Positions 18,136-29,979 of a stretch of DNA of 64,000 bases are shown piece by piece. The notes beneath the pieces are model-generated. The model was not told the DNA's origin. It did no database searches and saw nothing but the letters and a program-made list of their open reading frames with translations. The translations under genes were made by a program, and so were the position numbers. Position 1 is the first letter of the stretch; every line of letters starts with the position of its first letter. The stretch is from contig CAWEAD010000005.1 of the NCBI GenBank assembly GCA_963807225.1, positions 326,893-390,892 on the forward strand, given 5' to 3'. The stretch is from an uncultured delta proteobacterium (lineage in GTDB: Bacteria > Desulfobacterota > Desulfobulbia > Desulfobulbales > JAGXFP01).

Positions 18136-18525
18136 TCAGTTGCTCGCCGGTGCGGTAACTTTGTCCTCGCTGTAGTTTACCATCTCCAGAATGGCCATCG
18201 GTGCGGCATCGCCGATCCGATTTCCAGTGCGGATAATCCGGGTATAACCACCGTTGCGCTCCAGATACTCGTCCTTCAGGGAACCGAAGAGCTTATCAAC
18301 CACTTTCTTGTCCCGAACGAAAGAGAGAGCCTGCCGCCGGGCATGAAGATCGCCACGTTTGGCCAGGGTGATCATCTTCTCGGCCACCCGCCTTACTTCC
18401 TTGGCCTTGGGGGTAGTGGTGACAATCCTCTCATGCTCCAGCAACGATGTCACCATGTTTCTGACCATGGCCAAACGATGTGAAGAATTGCGCCCCAGCT
18501 TTTTTCCTGCCTTCCTGTGCCTCAT
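18136..18525 (-). CDS. rplQ: 50S ribosomal protein L17
   Basis: [20 protein letters not shown]...; follows rpoA. Confidence 0.97.
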   Translation of the reverse strand: MRHRKAGKKLGRNSSHRLAMVRNMVTSLLEHERIVTTTPKAKEVRRVAEKMITLAKRGDLHARRQALSFVRDKKVVDKLFGSLKDEYLERNGGYTRIIRTGNRIGDAAPMAILEMVNYSEDKVTAPASN

Positions 18526-18537
18526 GCCATAATCTCC

Positions 18538-19602
18538 TTAGCTCTCCTGTTCCTCGCTCGGACCGGCGTTGCCGGGACGCTCCCAGCCATCCAGCTTCAT
18601 TCCCAGGCCAAGTCCCATATCGTAGAGCAGTTGCTTGATTTCGTTAAGTGATTTACGACCGAAGTTCTTGGTCTTGAGCATTTCGGTCTCGGTCCTCTGC
18701 ACCAGCTCACCAATATAACGGATATTGGCGTTACGCAAACAATTAGCGGAGCGTACGGACAACTCTAAATCGTCAACCGGCCGGGACAAATGCGGGTTGG
18801 CAGGTTCCGGCCCACTCTCGGTAGCGCTCTCGACTTCGGGCTCCACCATATTCTCGTCGAAATTTATGAAAACGGTCATCTGTTCCTTGAGGATTTTAGC
18901 CGCATAGGCCAGAGCATCCTCAGGCTTGACGCTACCGTCGGTGAAAATTTCAATAGTCAATTTGTCGAAGTCGGTCTGCTGACCAACCCGGGCCTGGCTT
19001 ACAATAGACTTAACTTTGCGTATCGGAGTAAAGATAGAGTCGATGGGAATAACTCCGATTACCTGCTCCTCGGTTTTATTACCCTCGGCGGGAGAATAGC
19101 CTTTGCCCCATTTCACTTCAAATTCGGCTTGGAATCTTGTGCTCCCGCCAGAAATGGTGCAGATCTGTTTCTCGGGGTTCATCACCTCGACACTACCATC
19201 GGTAATGATGTCGGCTGCGGTAACCGGGCCCTTGCCCTTCTTATCGATTTTTACGGTCCGTCCTTCGGCCGAATTGAGCTTCAGACGTACTTCCTTAAGG
19301 TTAAGAATGATTTCAGTAACATCCTCGATAACCCCGGGAAGAGTTGAAAATTCATGCAGAGCCCCCTCGATTTTCACCGAAGTAATGGCCGCGCCCTGGA
19401 TCGCCGATAAGAGAATCCTCCGCAGGGAATTGCCAATGGTAGTGGCAAACCCGCGTTCCAGCGGCTGACAAACAAACTTCCCATAGCTGCTGGTGAGAGA
19501 GTCCTTATCGACCTCCACCCGCTCCGGCACAATCAACTCGTGCCAGTTCCGATAAAAAGGGTCGGACTCAAAATCCGTTTTCTGTTTTTGTGCGTTACCC
19601 AT
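18538..19602 (-). CDS. rpoA: DNA-directed RNA polymerase subunit alpha
   Basis: NTD and CTD motifs ([32 protein letters not shown]). ATG at 19602; the ORF track starts at a TTG 2 codons upstream. Confidence 0.97.
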   Translation of the reverse strand: MGNAQKQKTDFESDPFYRNWHELIVPERVEVDKDSLTSSYGKFVCQPLERGFATTIGNSLRRILLSAIQGAAITSVKIEGALHEFSTLPGVIEDVTEIILNLKEVRLKLNSAEGRTVKIDKKGKGPVTAADIITDGSVEVMNPEKQICTISGGSTRFQAEFEVKWGKGYSPAEGNKTEEQVIGVIPIDSIFTPIRKVKSIVSQARVGQQTDFDKLTIEIFTDGSVKPEDALAYAAKILKEQMTVFINFDENMVEPEVESATESGPEPANPHLSRPVDDLELSVRSANCLRNANIRYIGELVQRTETEMLKTKNFGRKSLNEIKQLLYDMGLGLGMKLDGWERPGNAGPSEEQES

Positions 19603-19741
19603 TATCAAATGCCTCGCAATTGATTAATGAGACCGATCCTGATCAGACGGCCTGTTATTTTCCCAATACTCAATAAATATTGCCCGACTGCCGAAAAAGG
19701 GATCAGACCCAACAGCACGGGCAATATTATTCCGAAACAGT

Positions 19742-20371
19742 TTACTTGGAATAAAGTTCGACGATCAGCTGCTCCTGAATGGGCATGGTAATTGCCTGGC
19801 GATCCGGTTCCGATTTCATCGTGGCCTTATAAGCTGCCCGATCCACTTCCAACCAGCTCGGAACTCCACGCCGGGCCACGGAATCGAGGCTGTCGTTAAT
19901 AACTGCCACCTTGCGGCTATTCTCGTTAATGGTGATGACATCGTTCACCGAAACGATATAGGAAGGAACATTCACTTTCTTGTCGTTGATCATAACATGA
20001 TTATGCTTGACCAGCTGCCGTGCCTGACGCCTGGAGTTGGCGAAACCGATACGATGAATGACATTATCAAGCCTTTTCTCCAACAGGGCTAATAGCAGTT
20101 CACCGGTAACCCCTTTCCGACGATCGGCTTCATGAAAAGCCTTACGAAACTGACCTTCCATAACTCCGTACATCCGACGTACTTTTTGTTTTTCACGGAG
20201 CTGAATGGCATAGTCGGAAAATTTACGCATCCGGGCCTGACCGTGCTGACCGGGAGGAAAAGCCCGCCGCTCAACGGCGCATTTATCGGTATAACATCTG
20301 TCCCCCTTGAGGAACAGCTTCAATCTTTCGCGTCTGCATTGACGGCAGACCGCCCCTGTATATCTGGCCAA
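19742..20371 (-). CDS. rpsD: 30S ribosomal protein S4
   Basis: MARYTGAVCRQCRRE...; TTG start 8 nt after GGAGG. Confidence 0.97.
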   Translation of the reverse strand: MARYTGAVCRQCRRERLKLFLKGDRCYTDKCAVERRAFPPGQHGQARMRKFSDYAIQLREKQKVRRMYGVMEGQFRKAFHEADRRKGVTGELLLALLEKRLDNVIHRIGFANSRRQARQLVKHNHVMINDKKVNVPSYIVSVNDVITINENSRKVAVINDSLDSVARRGVPSWLEVDRAAYKATMKSEPDRQAITMPIQEQLIVELYSK

Positions 20372-20430
20372 TTTACAACCTCCGTTAAGAGTAGTTGATG
20401 AACAATCGACTACTTATCACTTGAAAATAC

Positions 20431-20823
20431 TCAGACCCGACGCCGCTTTGGTGGTTTACAACCATTATGCGGCATCGGGGTGACATCACTGATCACCGAA
20501 ACATCTAAACCGGCAACCTGTAAGGCCCTGATGGCCGAGTCGCGGCCGGGGCCAGGCCCCTTGACGTTTACCACAACCTTGCGCAACCCATGTTCCTTGG
20601 CCTTGGCGGCCGCTGCTTCCACCGCATTTTGGGCGGCAAAGGGTGTACTCTTGCGCGAACCCTTAAAGCCAAGACAGCCGGCACTGGACCAAGAGATCAC
20701 GTTACCTTCCTTGTCGGCGAAGGTGACAATGGTGTTGTTGAAGGTGGATCTGATGGATACCACACCCTCGGAAATATTTTTTCGGACCTTTTTCTTGGTC
20801 TTCTGCTGCTTCGGATTAGCCAT
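20431..20823 (-). CDS. rpsK: 30S ribosomal protein S11
   Basis: [26 protein letters not shown]... Confidence 0.97.
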   Translation of the reverse strand: MANPKQQKTKKKVRKNISEGVVSIRSTFNNTIVTFADKEGNVISWSSAGCLGFKGSRKSTPFAAQNAVEAAAAKAKEHGLRKVVVNVKGPGPGRDSAIRALQVAGLDVSVISDVTPMPHNGCKPPKRRRV

Positions 20824-20858
20824 CTATATAACTCCCGCTATAGGTCGTGTTTATATGG

Positions 20859-21221
20859 TTATTTCTTGGCGACACCGCGACGGGGCCCCTTGCGAGTCCG
20901 GGCGTTGGTCTTAGTCCGTTGGCCTCGACATGGCAATCCTTTGCGATGCCGCAAACCCCGATAACATCCGAGGTCCATGAGCCTTTTAATGTCCATGGCC
21001 ACTTCCCGACGCCGATCACCCTCGACCGGATATTGATCATCGATGACCTTCCGGATGTCGGCAACATGCGCATCGGTCAGATCATCGCTGTTCGCGGTAT
21101 AAGAAAGCGAAACTGCATCGAGTATCTTCCTGGCCGTGGTACGGCCGATCCCATGGATATAAGTTAAGGCAATATCCATGTGCTTATTTTTCGGTAAATC
21201 GACACCAGCTATACGTGCCAA
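20859..21221 (-). CDS. rpsM: 30S ribosomal protein S13
   Basis: [26 protein letters not shown]; TTG start after GGGAGG. Confidence 0.97.
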   Translation of the reverse strand: MARIAGVDLPKNKHMDIALTYIHGIGRTTARKILDAVSLSYTANSDDLTDAHVADIRKVIDDQYPVEGDRRREVAMDIKRLMDLGCYRGLRHRKGLPCRGQRTKTNARTRKGPRRGVAKK

Positions 21222-21266
21222 GGCTAACCTCCCTGCTTGACTCAGACCTTTTCGGCAAAAACCGAC

Positions 21267-21380
21267 TTATCCCTGACGCTGCTTGTGTTTCTTGATCTTA
21301 CAAGAAACCCGAACTACGCCATTGCGTTTAAAAACCTTACATTCACTGCACATCTTCTTAACCGACGCTCTTACTTTCAT
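21267..21380 (-). CDS. rpmJ: 50S ribosomal protein L36
   Basis: Not in the ORF track (37 aa). Hand translation: [37 protein letters not shown]. Lies between infA and rpsM. Confidence 0.93.
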   Translation of the reverse strand: MKVRASVKKMCSECKVFKRNGVVRVSCKIKKHKQRQG

Positions 21381-21391
21381 ATCGCACCGTC

Positions 21392-21619
21392 CTACTTTTT
21401 ATTCTTGGACCGAAAAGTGACCCGGCCCCTGGTAAGATCGTATGGGGAAAGCTCCACCGTTACCCGATCACCGGGAAGTATCTTGATGAAATGCATCCGC
21501 ATCTTGCCGGAGATATGGGCCAGAACCCTGTGTCCATTATCCAGTTCAACCCTGAACATGGCATTCGGCAGGGGCTCGATTATTGTCCCCTCAACCTGGA
21601 TGGCCTCTTCTTTCGGCAT
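21392..21619 (-). CDS. infA: translation initiation factor IF-1
   Basis: [35 protein letters not shown]... Confidence 0.97.
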   Translation of the reverse strand: MPKEEAIQVEGTIIEPLPNAMFRVELDNGHRVLAHISGKMRMHFIKILPGDRVTVELSPYDLTRGRVTFRSKNKK

Positions 21620-21728
21620 AAACCCACATATCCTGACTTATTAACTGATTGCCCCGTAAAAAAGAAAAGGGGGATATTAAACTATTCTCTATTTTTTGCC
21701 TTATTTTTTTTCGGCAACCAACAAATAT

Positions 21729-22490
21729 TCATTGGATCCGACTCAAAACTTCGGGCTCACCAGTGGTAACTAAAACCGTATGCTCGAAATGGGCTGAAAG
21801 TTGCCGATCTAACGTCACTACCGTCCAGCCATCGCTCAATACTTTAACTTCATAACTTCCTGCATTCACCATCGGCTCTATCGCCAGTACCATACCGGCC
21901 ACCAGCCGGGGAGTCCTTTCGTTCCTATGGTAATTAGGAATTTCCGGGGACTCGTGTAACTGACTGCCGATTCCATGCCCGACGAACTGTCGGACAACGG
22001 TAAAACCATTCTTTTCTACATGCTGCTGAACCGCCAGGGAAATATCGTTAATCCGGTTACCCTCCCTGACCTGCTCTATCGCATGATCAAGCGATTCTCT
22101 GGTAATCCGGATCAATTTCTCACTTTCCGAGCTGATAGTGCCAACCGGAACAGTGATGGCGGCATCGCCGTAAAATCCTTTATATTTGACCCCGAAGTCG
22201 ATACTAAGGATATCGCCTTCCTTAAGCATTGTCTGAGCCGAAGGAATTCCATGCACCACCTGCTCGTTCAGAGAGGCGCAAATACTGCCCGGGAAACCGC
22301 GATAACCTTTAAAAGCCGGGATCGCGCCGCAACTGCGGGCATATTCTTCGGACCTTTGATCGAGATCAAAGGTACTCAAGCCGGGCCGCACCATATCTTT
22401 CAGTAAAACCAAGGTCTCAGCGACAATCCGGTTGGCTTCCCGCATAATCTGAATCTCTTGGCGGGACTTCAGAGTTATTCCCCGGCTCAT
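21729..22490 (-). CDS. map: type I methionine aminopeptidase
   Basis: Trimmed to the ATG at 22490 (MSRGITLKS), downstream of the secY stop. HGIP, DIGV-like FGVKYKGFYGD, HGIG, EPM motifs. Confidence 0.93.
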   Translation of the reverse strand: MSRGITLKSRQEIQIMREANRIVAETLVLLKDMVRPGLSTFDLDQRSEEYARSCGAIPAFKGYRGFPGSICASLNEQVVHGIPSAQTMLKEGDILSIDFGVKYKGFYGDAAITVPVGTISSESEKLIRITRESLDHAIEQVREGNRINDISLAVQQHVEKNGFTVVRQFVGHGIGSQLHESPEIPNYHRNERTPRLVAGMVLAIEPMVNAGSYEVKVLSDGWTVVTLDRQLSAHFEHTVLVTTGEPEVLSRIQ

Positions 22491-22506
22491 TTCGAGGTTC
22501 CCCTCC

Positions 22507-23817
22507 TTAGCGCCGTCCCCGGATTTTACCACTCTTCAGGAAGCCGTCATAATTACGCATAATAGCATGAGATTCCATCTGAGCAATGGTGTCGATCATG
22601 ACTTGCACCACGATCAACAACGCCGTTCCACCGAAATAGAACGGCAGGTTGAACTTGTTAATCAGGATCGTGGGTAGAACACAGACGGCACTTACATAGA
22701 TGGCACCAATCACTGTCAAGCGCACCACTATCTTATCAATAAATTCAGCCGTCTTTTTGCCTGGACGTATTCCGGGAATAAAGCCGCCGTTCTTCTTCAG
22801 ATTCTCTGCGACATCGACGGGATTAAAGGTAACGGCCGTGTAGAAAAAGCAGAAAAAGACTATAAAGGCTACATACATAATAGTCCAGGAAAGACTACCC
22901 CATTGCAAATAGGCAGTAACCCGCTGGATCCAGTCGACCTTGAGAAATCCACCAATCGTAGCCGGAAACATCATAATCGATGAAGCGAAAATCGGCGGTA
23001 TTACCCCAGACATATTGATCTTCAGGGGTAAATGGGATTGCTGACCACCATACATTCGCCTACCGATGACCCGCTTGGCATATTGGATTGGAATTTTTCT
23101 CTGAGCCGTCTCGCAATAGATAACAAAAGCTATCACCGCCAACACCATAACCAACAAGACCGGCAAGAAGAGAACCGTCATGTCGCCGGCACCGACCATC
23201 TTGAAAGTCTTGCCAATGGCGGCTGGCATCCGGGCGATAATTCCGGCGGTAATAATCAGGGAAATACCATTGCCAATGCCGCGCTCAGTCATCTGCTCAC
23301 CGAGCCACATGATAAAGGCGGTGCCTGAGGTTAAGGTAAGCATGGTCATCAATCGGAAGGCCCAGCCGGTATGAATGACGATCATTTCACCGCCGGCTGG
23401 GGCGGCCATGCTCTCCAGGCCGATACTAATAAATAAACCCTGGACTAAGGCCAGGGCTACGGTGGCATACCGGGTGTACTTGGTAATCTGATGCCGACCA
23501 CTTTCCCCTTCCTTGGACAACGCCTCCAATTGCGGGACCACAACGGTCAGCAGTTGAAAGATAATGGAGGCGCTAATGTAGGGCATGATGCCCAAGGCGA
23601 AGATGGAGAAATTCTGCAGGGCGCCGCCGGAAAACATGTTGAACATGTCAAAGAGGGTCCCGGCGCTTTTCTGAAAAAAAGCAGCCAAGGCTTCCCCGTT
23701 GATGCCTGGGGTAGGAATCTGGACACCGATCCGGTAAACCGCCAACATCAGCATGGTATATGTTACCCTGCGTCGCAGCTCCGGTATATTGGCAGCATTC
23801 TGAAAACCAGCCTGCAT
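22507..23817 (-). CDS. secY: preprotein translocase subunit SecY
   Basis: 436 aa, 10-TM pattern; LFALGIMPYISASII-like ALGIMPYISASIIFQLL. Confidence 0.97.
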   Translation of the reverse strand: MQAGFQNAANIPELRRRVTYTMLMLAVYRIGVQIPTPGINGEALAAFFQKSAGTLFDMFNMFSGGALQNFSIFALGIMPYISASIIFQLLTVVVPQLEALSKEGESGRHQITKYTRYATVALALVQGLFISIGLESMAAPAGGEMIVIHTGWAFRLMTMLTLTSGTAFIMWLGEQMTERGIGNGISLIITAGIIARMPAAIGKTFKMVGAGDMTVLFLPVLLVMVLAVIAFVIYCETAQRKIPIQYAKRVIGRRMYGGQQSHLPLKINMSGVIPPIFASSIMMFPATIGGFLKVDWIQRVTAYLQWGSLSWTIMYVAFIVFFCFFYTAVTFNPVDVAENLKKNGGFIPGIRPGKKTAEFIDKIVVRLTVIGAIYVSAVCVLPTILINKFNLPFYFGGTALLIVVQVMIDTIAQMESHAIMRNYDGFLKSGKIRGRR

Positions 23818-23820
23818 GAA

Positions 23821-24261
23821 TTAACCCTCGATCTTGCCGCCAGCGGCTTCGATCTTCTGCCGGGCCGACTCACTTAATTTATCCACCGCCACGGTCATGG
23901 CCTTGCTGATCTCGCCATTACCCAGCAATTTCACCAGACTGTACTTTTTGGCAACCAGACCAACCTCAACCAGCATCTGCCGGTCAATCCGGGTACCGCT
24001 CTCGAATTTCTCCAAGTCGGCAACGTTCAGAACCGCGTATTCTTTACGGAAGACGTTGTTAAATCCGCGCTTGGGGATCCGCCGTTGAAATGGCATCTGA
24101 CCACCCTCGAAACCGACCTTAACACCGCTGCCGGAACGGGCCTTGAAGCCTTTATGACCGCGCCCCGCAGTCTTGCCGAGGCCGGAACCAGGGCCACGTC
24201 CTACTCTTTTCCTTTGCCGGTTGGATCCGGGATTGGGCGAAAGATTACTTAAGTTAAGCAT
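23821..24261 (-). CDS. rplO: 50S ribosomal protein L15
   Basis: [21 protein letters not shown]. Confidence 0.97.
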   Translation of the reverse strand: MLNLSNLSPNPGSNRQRKRVGRGPGSGLGKTAGRGHKGFKARSGSGVKVGFEGGQMPFQRRIPKRGFNNVFRKEYAVLNVADLEKFESGTRIDRQMLVEVGLVAKKYSLVKLLGNGEISKAMTVAVDKLSESARQKIEAAGGKIEG

Positions 24262-24263
24262 GA

Positions 24264-24440
24264 TTAATCCTCCACTTCGACCAGGTGCGCAACCTTGTTG
24301 ATCATGCCCCGGATTTCCGGCGTATCCTTTCGGACTACCGTCTTATTGGTTTTGGTCAGCCCAAGACCGATCAGTGTAGCCCGAATCTTCTGGGTGCTAC
24401 CAATATAACTTTTTTTCAAAGTAACTTTAACTTCCTTCAT
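24264..24440 (-). CDS. rpmD: 50S ribosomal protein L30
   Basis: Trimmed to [28 protein letters not shown]. Confidence 0.93.
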   Translation of the reverse strand: MKEVKVTLKKSYIGSTQKIRATLIGLGLTKTNKTVVRKDTPEIRGMINKVAHLVEVED

Positions 24441-24535
24441 GACATCCATATCCTCTATGGGGGGAATAAACCAACTACAACTGTAAACCACGAAGAGGGG
24501 GCGGCAACGCCGGTTTCTACGGCATGACCGGGTGG

Positions 24536-25042
24536 CTATGACGTAATCTCTTCCACGGTCTTATTGCGCCGGGTGGCCACCTGTTCGGCGGTACGCAGAC
24601 TACGCAATCCATCCAAGGTGGCCCGCACCAAATTGTGCGGATTGTGAGACCCCAGACATTTTGTAAGGATATTCTGAATCCCGGCTGCTTCCAGAACGGC
24701 GCGAACCGCGCCGCCGGCAATTACCCCGGTGCCGGCCGAGGCTGGCTTGAGCATGACTCTTCCGGCCCCGAATTTCCCGTAGATCTCATGGGGAATACTG
24801 CTTTCGGTTATTGCCACCTTACGCATGTCCTTACGAGCCTGCTCGATGCCTTTGCGAATGGCTTCCGGCACCTGGTTGGCTTTGCCCAAACCGTGCCCGA
24901 CTTTTCCCTGGCCATCGCCAACCACGCAAATCGCACTGAAACTGAAGCGCCGGCCACCTTTGACAACCTTGGCCGTACGATTGATGAAGACCACCTTTTC
25001 GATCAACTGGTCTTCACTGTTTTCATTCTTAAAGTTTGACAA
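24536..25042 (-). CDS. rpsE: 30S ribosomal protein S5
   Basis: [30 protein letters not shown]; TTG start. Confidence 0.97.
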   Translation of the reverse strand: MSNFKNENSEDQLIEKVVFINRTAKVVKGGRRFSFSAICVVGDGQGKVGHGLGKANQVPEAIRKGIEQARKDMRKVAITESSIPHEIYGKFGAGRVMLKPASAGTGVIAGGAVRAVLEAAGIQNILTKCLGSHNPHNLVRATLDGLRSLRTAEQVATRRNKTVEEITS

Positions 25043-25089
25043 GGTACACCCCCAATCTAAACTGATGCTGTTTATCGCCTGACTGCCGA

Positions 25090-25455
25090 TCAGAAGATCA
25101 GCCCGCCTTCCCTTGCCCCTTCGGACAGAGATTTTACCCGGCCATGATAGAGATAGCCGCCACGGTCAAAAACCACTTTGCCAACACCCTTAAGCTTGGC
25201 CTTTTCGGCCAACATTACACCGATCTTGTGGGCCTGGGCTTTCTTGCCTTGCAGATCTTCGCTGGTGAAAGCAGGATCCATGGTCGACATAGCGACCAGG
25301 GTCTGTCCTGCGACATCGTCGATAATCTGCGCATAGATATGTCTTGAGCTCTTAAAGACCCGTAGGCGAGGGCATCCTGCCGTGCCGCTGATCTTCTTCC
25401 TGATTCGCTTGATCCGTTTTTCACGGATAACCGTCGTTCTACTTGTCTTTGCCAT
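25090..25455 (-). CDS. rplR: 50S ribosomal protein L18
   Basis: [18 protein letters not shown]...[13 protein letters not shown]. Confidence 0.97.
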   Translation of the reverse strand: MAKTSRTTVIREKRIKRIRKKISGTAGCPRLRVFKSSRHIYAQIIDDVAGQTLVAMSTMDPAFTSEDLQGKKAQAHKIGVMLAEKAKLKGVGKVVFDRGGYLYHGRVKSLSEGAREGGLIF

Positions 25456-25560
25456 TGCTTCTGCCTTACCGCATGTTGTTCTTTATTGTAAGCCGCTGGG
25501 CGGAAGCAAAATTGCTTGTAATCCGCCGTCCGGGCCTGTTTAACCAAAAGCGAAAGGGAA

Positions 25561-26103
25561 TTATTTGCCCTTGCCCGCAGCCTTACCGGCTTTCCGGACA
25601 ATACGCTCTTCCTCGTAGCGGATTCCCTTGCCTTTATAGGGCTCGGGCTTCCGGATATTACGAATCTTCGCGGCAGTGAGACCGAGCAGTTCCTTATCAA
25701 TACCTTCAAGGGTGATGGCAGTTTTCTCCACCGAGGCACTGATACCTTGAGGTAAACCGAACTCGACGGGATTAGAATAACCAACGTTCAAGGTCAGCAC
25801 AGCACCAGCCACCGAGGCGCGATAGCCAACTCCTTCGATCACCAGACGCCGTTGAAAGCCCTTGCTGACTCCCTGGACCATGTTGTCGACCAAAGTCCTG
25901 GTCAAACCGGAGAAGGCGTTGGTACGCTTACTCTCATCCTTGCATGTGACTTTCAGAACACCGCTTTCTTCAACTACCGAGATTTCCGGACGGATCTCCC
26001 GCTCCATGGTCCCCTTTGGTCCGGTGACCTGGATCTTGGCTCCGACTATGCCGATCTTGACTCCGCCGGGAACTTCAATAGGTTTGCTGCCAATCCTGGA
26101 CAT
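25561..26103 (-). CDS. rplF: 50S ribosomal protein L6
   Basis: MSRIGSKPIEVPGGVKI...GVGYRA. Confidence 0.97.
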   Translation of the reverse strand: MSRIGSKPIEVPGGVKIGIVGAKIQVTGPKGTMEREIRPEISVVEESGVLKVTCKDESKRTNAFSGLTRTLVDNMVQGVSKGFQRRLVIEGVGYRASVAGAVLTLNVGYSNPVEFGLPQGISASVEKTAITLEGIDKELLGLTAAKIRNIRKPEPYKGKGIRYEEERIVRKAGKAAGKGK

Positions 26104-26146
26104 GTAATAGTCTCCGTTCTTTACTGAGAATCAGTTTTCCTCTAGA

Positions 26147-26545
26147 TTACCAGACTTCGCAGAGAAACTCTCCGCCGACCCGCATCTTACGGGCCTGGTG
26201 ATCGGTCATCACCCCTTTGGAGGTCGAGATAACCGCGATACCCAGACCACTCATCACCTTGGGAATCTTATCCGACTTCACATAGACCCGACAGCCCGGC
26301 TTGCTGATCCGTCGCAGACCGTTAATTACCTTCTGGTTATGCTGATCATATTTCAGATCAATCCGCAACACGCCCTGCGTATCATCCTTCAGGACATGAA
26401 AGTCGTTGATATAGCCTTCTTCCTTGAGAAGGCGTGCGACATCTACCTTCAGATTGGACAAAGGGATATCCACGCTGTCAAACTTGACCATGCAAGCATT
26501 ACGCACTCTGGTCAACATATCTGCAAAGGGATCACTCATTGCCAT
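26147..26545 (-). CDS. rpsH: 30S ribosomal protein S8
   Basis: DPFADMLTRVRNA... Confidence 0.97.
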   Translation of the reverse strand: MAMSDPFADMLTRVRNACMVKFDSVDIPLSNLKVDVARLLKEEGYINDFHVLKDDTQGVLRIDLKYDQHNQKVINGLRRISKPGCRVYVKSDKIPKVMSGLGIAVISTSKGVMTDHQARKMRVGGEFLCEVW

Positions 26546-26592
26546 AATAAATCCAGCTCCTCATTCTATTCTTCGAAATAACAAAAGACCGA

Positions 26593-26778
26593 TTACCAGC
26601 TTGATTTGGTAACTCCGGTAACCTCACCGCGGGATGCCAGGGACCTGAAGCAAATGCGACATACCCCGAACTTCCTTAGAAAAGCGCGCGGTCGGCCACA
26701 AAGCGGGCATCGATTGTAACCCCGAACCGAGAACTTCGGTTTACGCTGGCTCTTGGCGATTAAAGATTTCTTAGCCAA
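26593..26778 (-). CDS. rpsN: 30S ribosomal protein S14 (zinc-binding short type)
   Basis: 61 aa (M)[47 protein letters not shown] start 7 nt after GGAGGA; embedded in a longer track ORF. Confidence 0.92.
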   Translation of the reverse strand: MAKKSLIAKSQRKPKFSVRGYNRCPLCGRPRAFLRKFGVCRICFRSLASRGEVTGVTKSSW

Positions 26779-27334
26779 CCTGATTCCTCCTCGTATCTTT
26801 TCTGAAAGGCATCCCCAGAGCAGCCAGAAGAAGACGTCCCTCCTCATCGCTCTTAGCGGTAGTACCAATACAAATATTAAGCCCCTTGATCTTGTCGATT
26901 TTATCGTAGTCGATTTCAGGGAAGATAATATGTTCCTTGATTCCCATGGCATAGTTTCCCCGACCGTCAAATGCCTTGGTGGAAACACCGCGGAAGTCCC
27001 GCACCCTGGGCAGGGCGATATGGATTAGCTTGGCGAGAAAATCCCACATCTTTTCCCCGCGTAAAGTCACCATGCAGCCGATTGGCATACCCTGACGCAG
27101 CTTGAATGTGGCAATGGATTTTTTGGCCTTAGTGACCTGAGCCTTCTGCCCGGCGACCATAGTCAACTCATTGGCGGCACCCTCGATAATCTTGGGATTT
27201 TGAACCGCCTCTCCCAAACCCATGTTGAGGACGACCTTAGTAATTTTCGGTACCTGCATGATGCTGCGGTAACCGAATTTTTCCATGAGCTGCGGAACGC
27301 AGTTCTTCTGATAATGTTCTTTTAAGCCAGCCAT
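26771..27334 (-). CDS. rplE: 50S ribosomal protein L5
   Basis: [14 protein letters not shown]...GMPF. The C-terminus runs 8 nt into rpsN. Confidence 0.97.
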   Translation of the reverse strand: MAGLKEHYQKNCVPQLMEKFGYRSIMQVPKITKVVLNMGLGEAVQNPKIIEGAANELTMVAGQKAQVTKAKKSIATFKLRQGMPIGCMVTLRGEKMWDFLAKLIHIALPRVRDFRGVSTKAFDGRGNYAMGIKEHIIFPEIDYDKIDKIKGLNICIGTTAKSDEEGRLLLAALGMPFRKDTRRNQVG

Positions 27335-27365
27335 TTACTGTCTCCGAAAACCGTTAAACCTCTGA

Positions 27366-27692
27366 TCAAGCCTTGGTTTCTACCGATTCTCCGCATTTTT
27401 TGCAGACTCGAACCTTGGCACCATCTTCCAGACTCTTAATCCCAACGCGAACCGATTTGGAGCACTTGGGACAGACCAGCTTCAGGTTCGACAGGTGAAT
27501 GGGGGATTCCTTCTCAATGATGCCGCCCTGCTGGTTCGCCATACTTGGTTTAGTATGACGTTTGATCATGTTGATCTTTTCGACCACAACCTGGTCATCA
27601 TCACGGAATGCCCGGATTACTTTACCGACTCTTCCCCTGTCTTTGCCGGTGATAACCTCGACCTGGTCATTAAGCTTTATCTTTTTCATCAT
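27366..27692 (-). CDS. rplX: 50S ribosomal protein L24 (with C-terminal CxxC...CxxC)
   Basis: Trimmed to [25 protein letters not shown] (KOW motif). The C-terminus carries CPKC...CKKC. Confidence 0.93.
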   Translation of the reverse strand: MMKKIKLNDQVEVITGKDRGRVGKVIRAFRDDDQVVVEKINMIKRHTKPSMANQQGGIIEKESPIHLSNLKLVCPKCSKSVRVGIKSLEDGAKVRVCKKCGESVETKA

Positions 27693-27772
27693 GAAGCCTT
27701 CTGTTTTTATGCCTCGTTGTATTACATAATCAGAGTCGACAACCTTTACCAAAAAAGCCGACCTGCGACAGC

Positions 27773-28141
27773 TTACAGAACCTCTGGTGCCAAAGAAATA
27801 ATCTTCATATAGCCCTTGGCCCTAAGTTCTCGGGCAACCGGACCGAAGATCCGAGTGCCGATCGGCTCGCCATTGTTACCCAGCAATACCGCGGAATTCT
27901 CGTCAAAGCGGACCGTAGTGTCATCCATGCGGCGCAATTCCTTGACCGTTCGAACCACCACAGCTTTCAAAACATCGCCCTTTTTAACCTTGGCCCGGGG
28001 AATCGCCTCCTTAACGGTGACGACTATCACATCTCCGATCCGGGCATAGCGCCGGCGGCTACCACCCAGAACCTTTATACAAAGAACCTTTTTGGCGCCG
28101 CTGTTATCCGCAACATTCAAGACTGACTCGGTCTGTATCAT
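27773..28141 (-). CDS. rplN: 50S ribosomal protein L14
   Basis: [28 protein letters not shown]. Confidence 0.97.
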   Translation of the reverse strand: MIQTESVLNVADNSGAKKVLCIKVLGGSRRRYARIGDVIVVTVKEAIPRAKVKKGDVLKAVVVRTVKELRRMDDTTVRFDENSAVLLGNNGEPIGTRIFGPVARELRAKGYMKIISLAPEVL

Positions 28142-28241
28142 CTTTTCACCGACTGCAACGCAGTTGCTTAATTCAAATTAGCGATTCTAACACCGGCGGC
28201 TTCCAATAACCGCCGGCAACCATAAACCGATCCGACCTATA

Positions 28242-28508
28242 TCACACGGCCCGTTCGATGATTTCTCGCACCCGCCATCTTTTGTTCTTGCTAAGAGGCC
28301 GACATTCTTCAATCATGATCCGGTCCCCGGGGTTGCAAGTGTTTTCCGGATCATCCGCCATGTACTTGATATTGCGGCGCATGTATTTGCCATACAACTT
28401 GTGGCTTACCATCTGCTCGGTTTGGACCACGACACTCTTGTCCATCTTATTGCTAATCACGACCCCGACCAGAGTCTTTTTGATTCTCTTGTTTTCTGCT
28501 TCCGCCAT
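28242..28508 (-). CDS. rpsQ: 30S ribosomal protein S17
   Basis: LVGVVISNKMDKSVVV...YMADDPENTCNPGD. Confidence 0.97.
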   Translation of the reverse strand: MAEAENKRIKKTLVGVVISNKMDKSVVVQTEQMVSHKLYGKYMRRNIKYMADDPENTCNPGDRIMIEECRPLSKNKRWRVREIIERAV

Positions 28509-28570
28509 TTCAGCAATCCCGTCAAATCATGGTTTAATGGGGTCGGCTCCGGACTGATCAGACCGTCTGA

Positions 28571-28774
28571 TCAGCCAGCTGCCTCCGTCTTCCTTTTGGC
28601 ACTAAGTTCCGTCTTGACGCAGGCAATATCCTTGCGCAGTTGTCGCAACTTGGCCGTATTTTCCAAGGGACGGATGCCGTGCTGGAACTTGAGTTTAAAC
28701 AGTTCCTCGGCCAGATCCTTCTCCTTGGCGGTAAGGTCTTCGCCACTCAGTTCACGTAACTCTTTGCTATTCAT
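28571..28774 (-). CDS. rpmC: 50S ribosomal protein L29
   Basis: [14 protein letters not shown]...LFKLKFQ. The ATG overlaps the rplP stop. Confidence 0.95.
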   Translation of the reverse strand: MNSKELRELSGEDLTAKEKDLAEELFKLKFQHGIRPLENTAKLRQLRKDIACVKTELSAKRKTEAAG

Positions 28775-29187
28775 ATAGTCTTTTCCTTACTGATTACCTT
28801 GGTAGCAAAAGGCAATTTGTTGGCGGCCAAAGTCAAGGCACGTACTGCAATACTCTCCTCGACACCAGCCAACTCATAGAGAATTTTGCCGGGTCGTATA
28901 GGCGCCACCCACCCTTCCGGACTGCCTTTGCCTTTTCCCATTCGGGTTTCAGCCGGTTTCTTGGTCAACGGCTTGGCGGGAAAAACCCTGATCCACATCT
29001 GCCCACCGCGTTTAACCTTCCGGTTGATAGCAATACGTGCAGCCTCGATTTGCTGGGCAGTCATGTACCCACTCTCCAGCGCTTTGAGAGCAAAATCTCC
29101 GAATTCGATGCTGCTACCACGCTGGGCCTTACCCCGCAGGTTGCCCTTCATCTGCTTTCTAAACTTAACCTTCTTCGGACTTAACAT
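28771..29187 (-). CDS. rplP: 50S ribosomal protein L16
   Basis: [15 protein letters not shown]...[12 protein letters not shown]. Confidence 0.97.
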   Translation of the reverse strand: MLSPKKVKFRKQMKGNLRGKAQRGSSIEFGDFALKALESGYMTAQQIEAARIAINRKVKRGGQMWIRVFPAKPLTKKPAETRMGKGKGSPEGWVAPIRPGKILYELAGVEESIAVRALTLAANKLPFATKVISKEKTI

Positions 29188-29238
29188 TCTCTACCTCATC
29201 ACGTCGGAGGATTCTATTTTTATAAAATAAGGAGAGGC

Positions 29239-29889
29239 TTATTGCTCCAATTCCTGCTCTTGGTCAGTAAGCACTTCGCCCTTGAAAATCCAGACCTTGA
29301 CCCCGATAATCCCATAAGTGGTTTTGGCTTCGGCAAACCCGTAATCGATATCGGCCCGTAAGGTGTGCAGCGGCACCCTGCCTTCGCGAGTCCACTCGGT
29401 ACGGCTCATTTCAGCTCCACCCAAGCGGCCCGAACAACATATCTTGATGCCTTTGGCGCCGAACTTCAAGGAGATACCAACTGCCTTTTTCATAGCCCGA
29501 CGGAATGCAACCCGACGCTCCATCTGCATGGCCACATTCTCGGCCACCAATTGGGCATCGGCTTCCGGGCGCCGAACTTCCTGGATATCGACATGACACT
29601 CACGCTTGGTGAACTTATCCAGATCGCCTTTTAAAGCCTCAATTTCAGCGCCTTTCTTACCAATGACTATACCTGGCCGGGCAGTATGAATCTTCACCCT
29701 GACCTTTTCACCAGTCCGGGCAATTTCAATTTTGGCCACTCCGGCATGATAAAGCCGCTTTTTTAAGTATTTCCTGATCTTCTGATCTTCCAGAAAATAC
29801 TTTGCGTAATCGCGGTTGGCATACCAAATGGAATCCCAGGTCTTGACGATATTGAGTCTAAATCCAATCGGATTAACTTTCTGGCCCAA
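29239..29889 (-). CDS. rpsC: 30S ribosomal protein S3
   Basis: [12 protein letters not shown]... (KH domain); TTG start after GGAGGAG. Confidence 0.97.
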   Translation of the reverse strand: MGQKVNPIGFRLNIVKTWDSIWYANRDYAKYFLEDQKIRKYLKKRLYHAGVAKIEIARTGEKVRVKIHTARPGIVIGKKGAEIEALKGDLDKFTKRECHVDIQEVRRPEADAQLVAENVAMQMERRVAFRRAMKKAVGISLKFGAKGIKICCSGRLGGAEMSRTEWTREGRVPLHTLRADIDYGFAEAKTTYGIIGVKVWIFKGEVLTDQEQELEQ

Positions 29890-29979
29890 AGCACTCCTCC
29901 ATGCAGTCGCTATTCAAGTTGTTCTGCCGGTACGACTTACTCCCCCGACAGAGCCGAGGGAATCTTCCAGTAAAAAATA

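Noticed and set aside
22491-22506. Absence of adk between secY and map in the spc operon.
   Set aside because: This is a common lineage-specific variation of the operon, not evidence of a deletion or rearrangement here.
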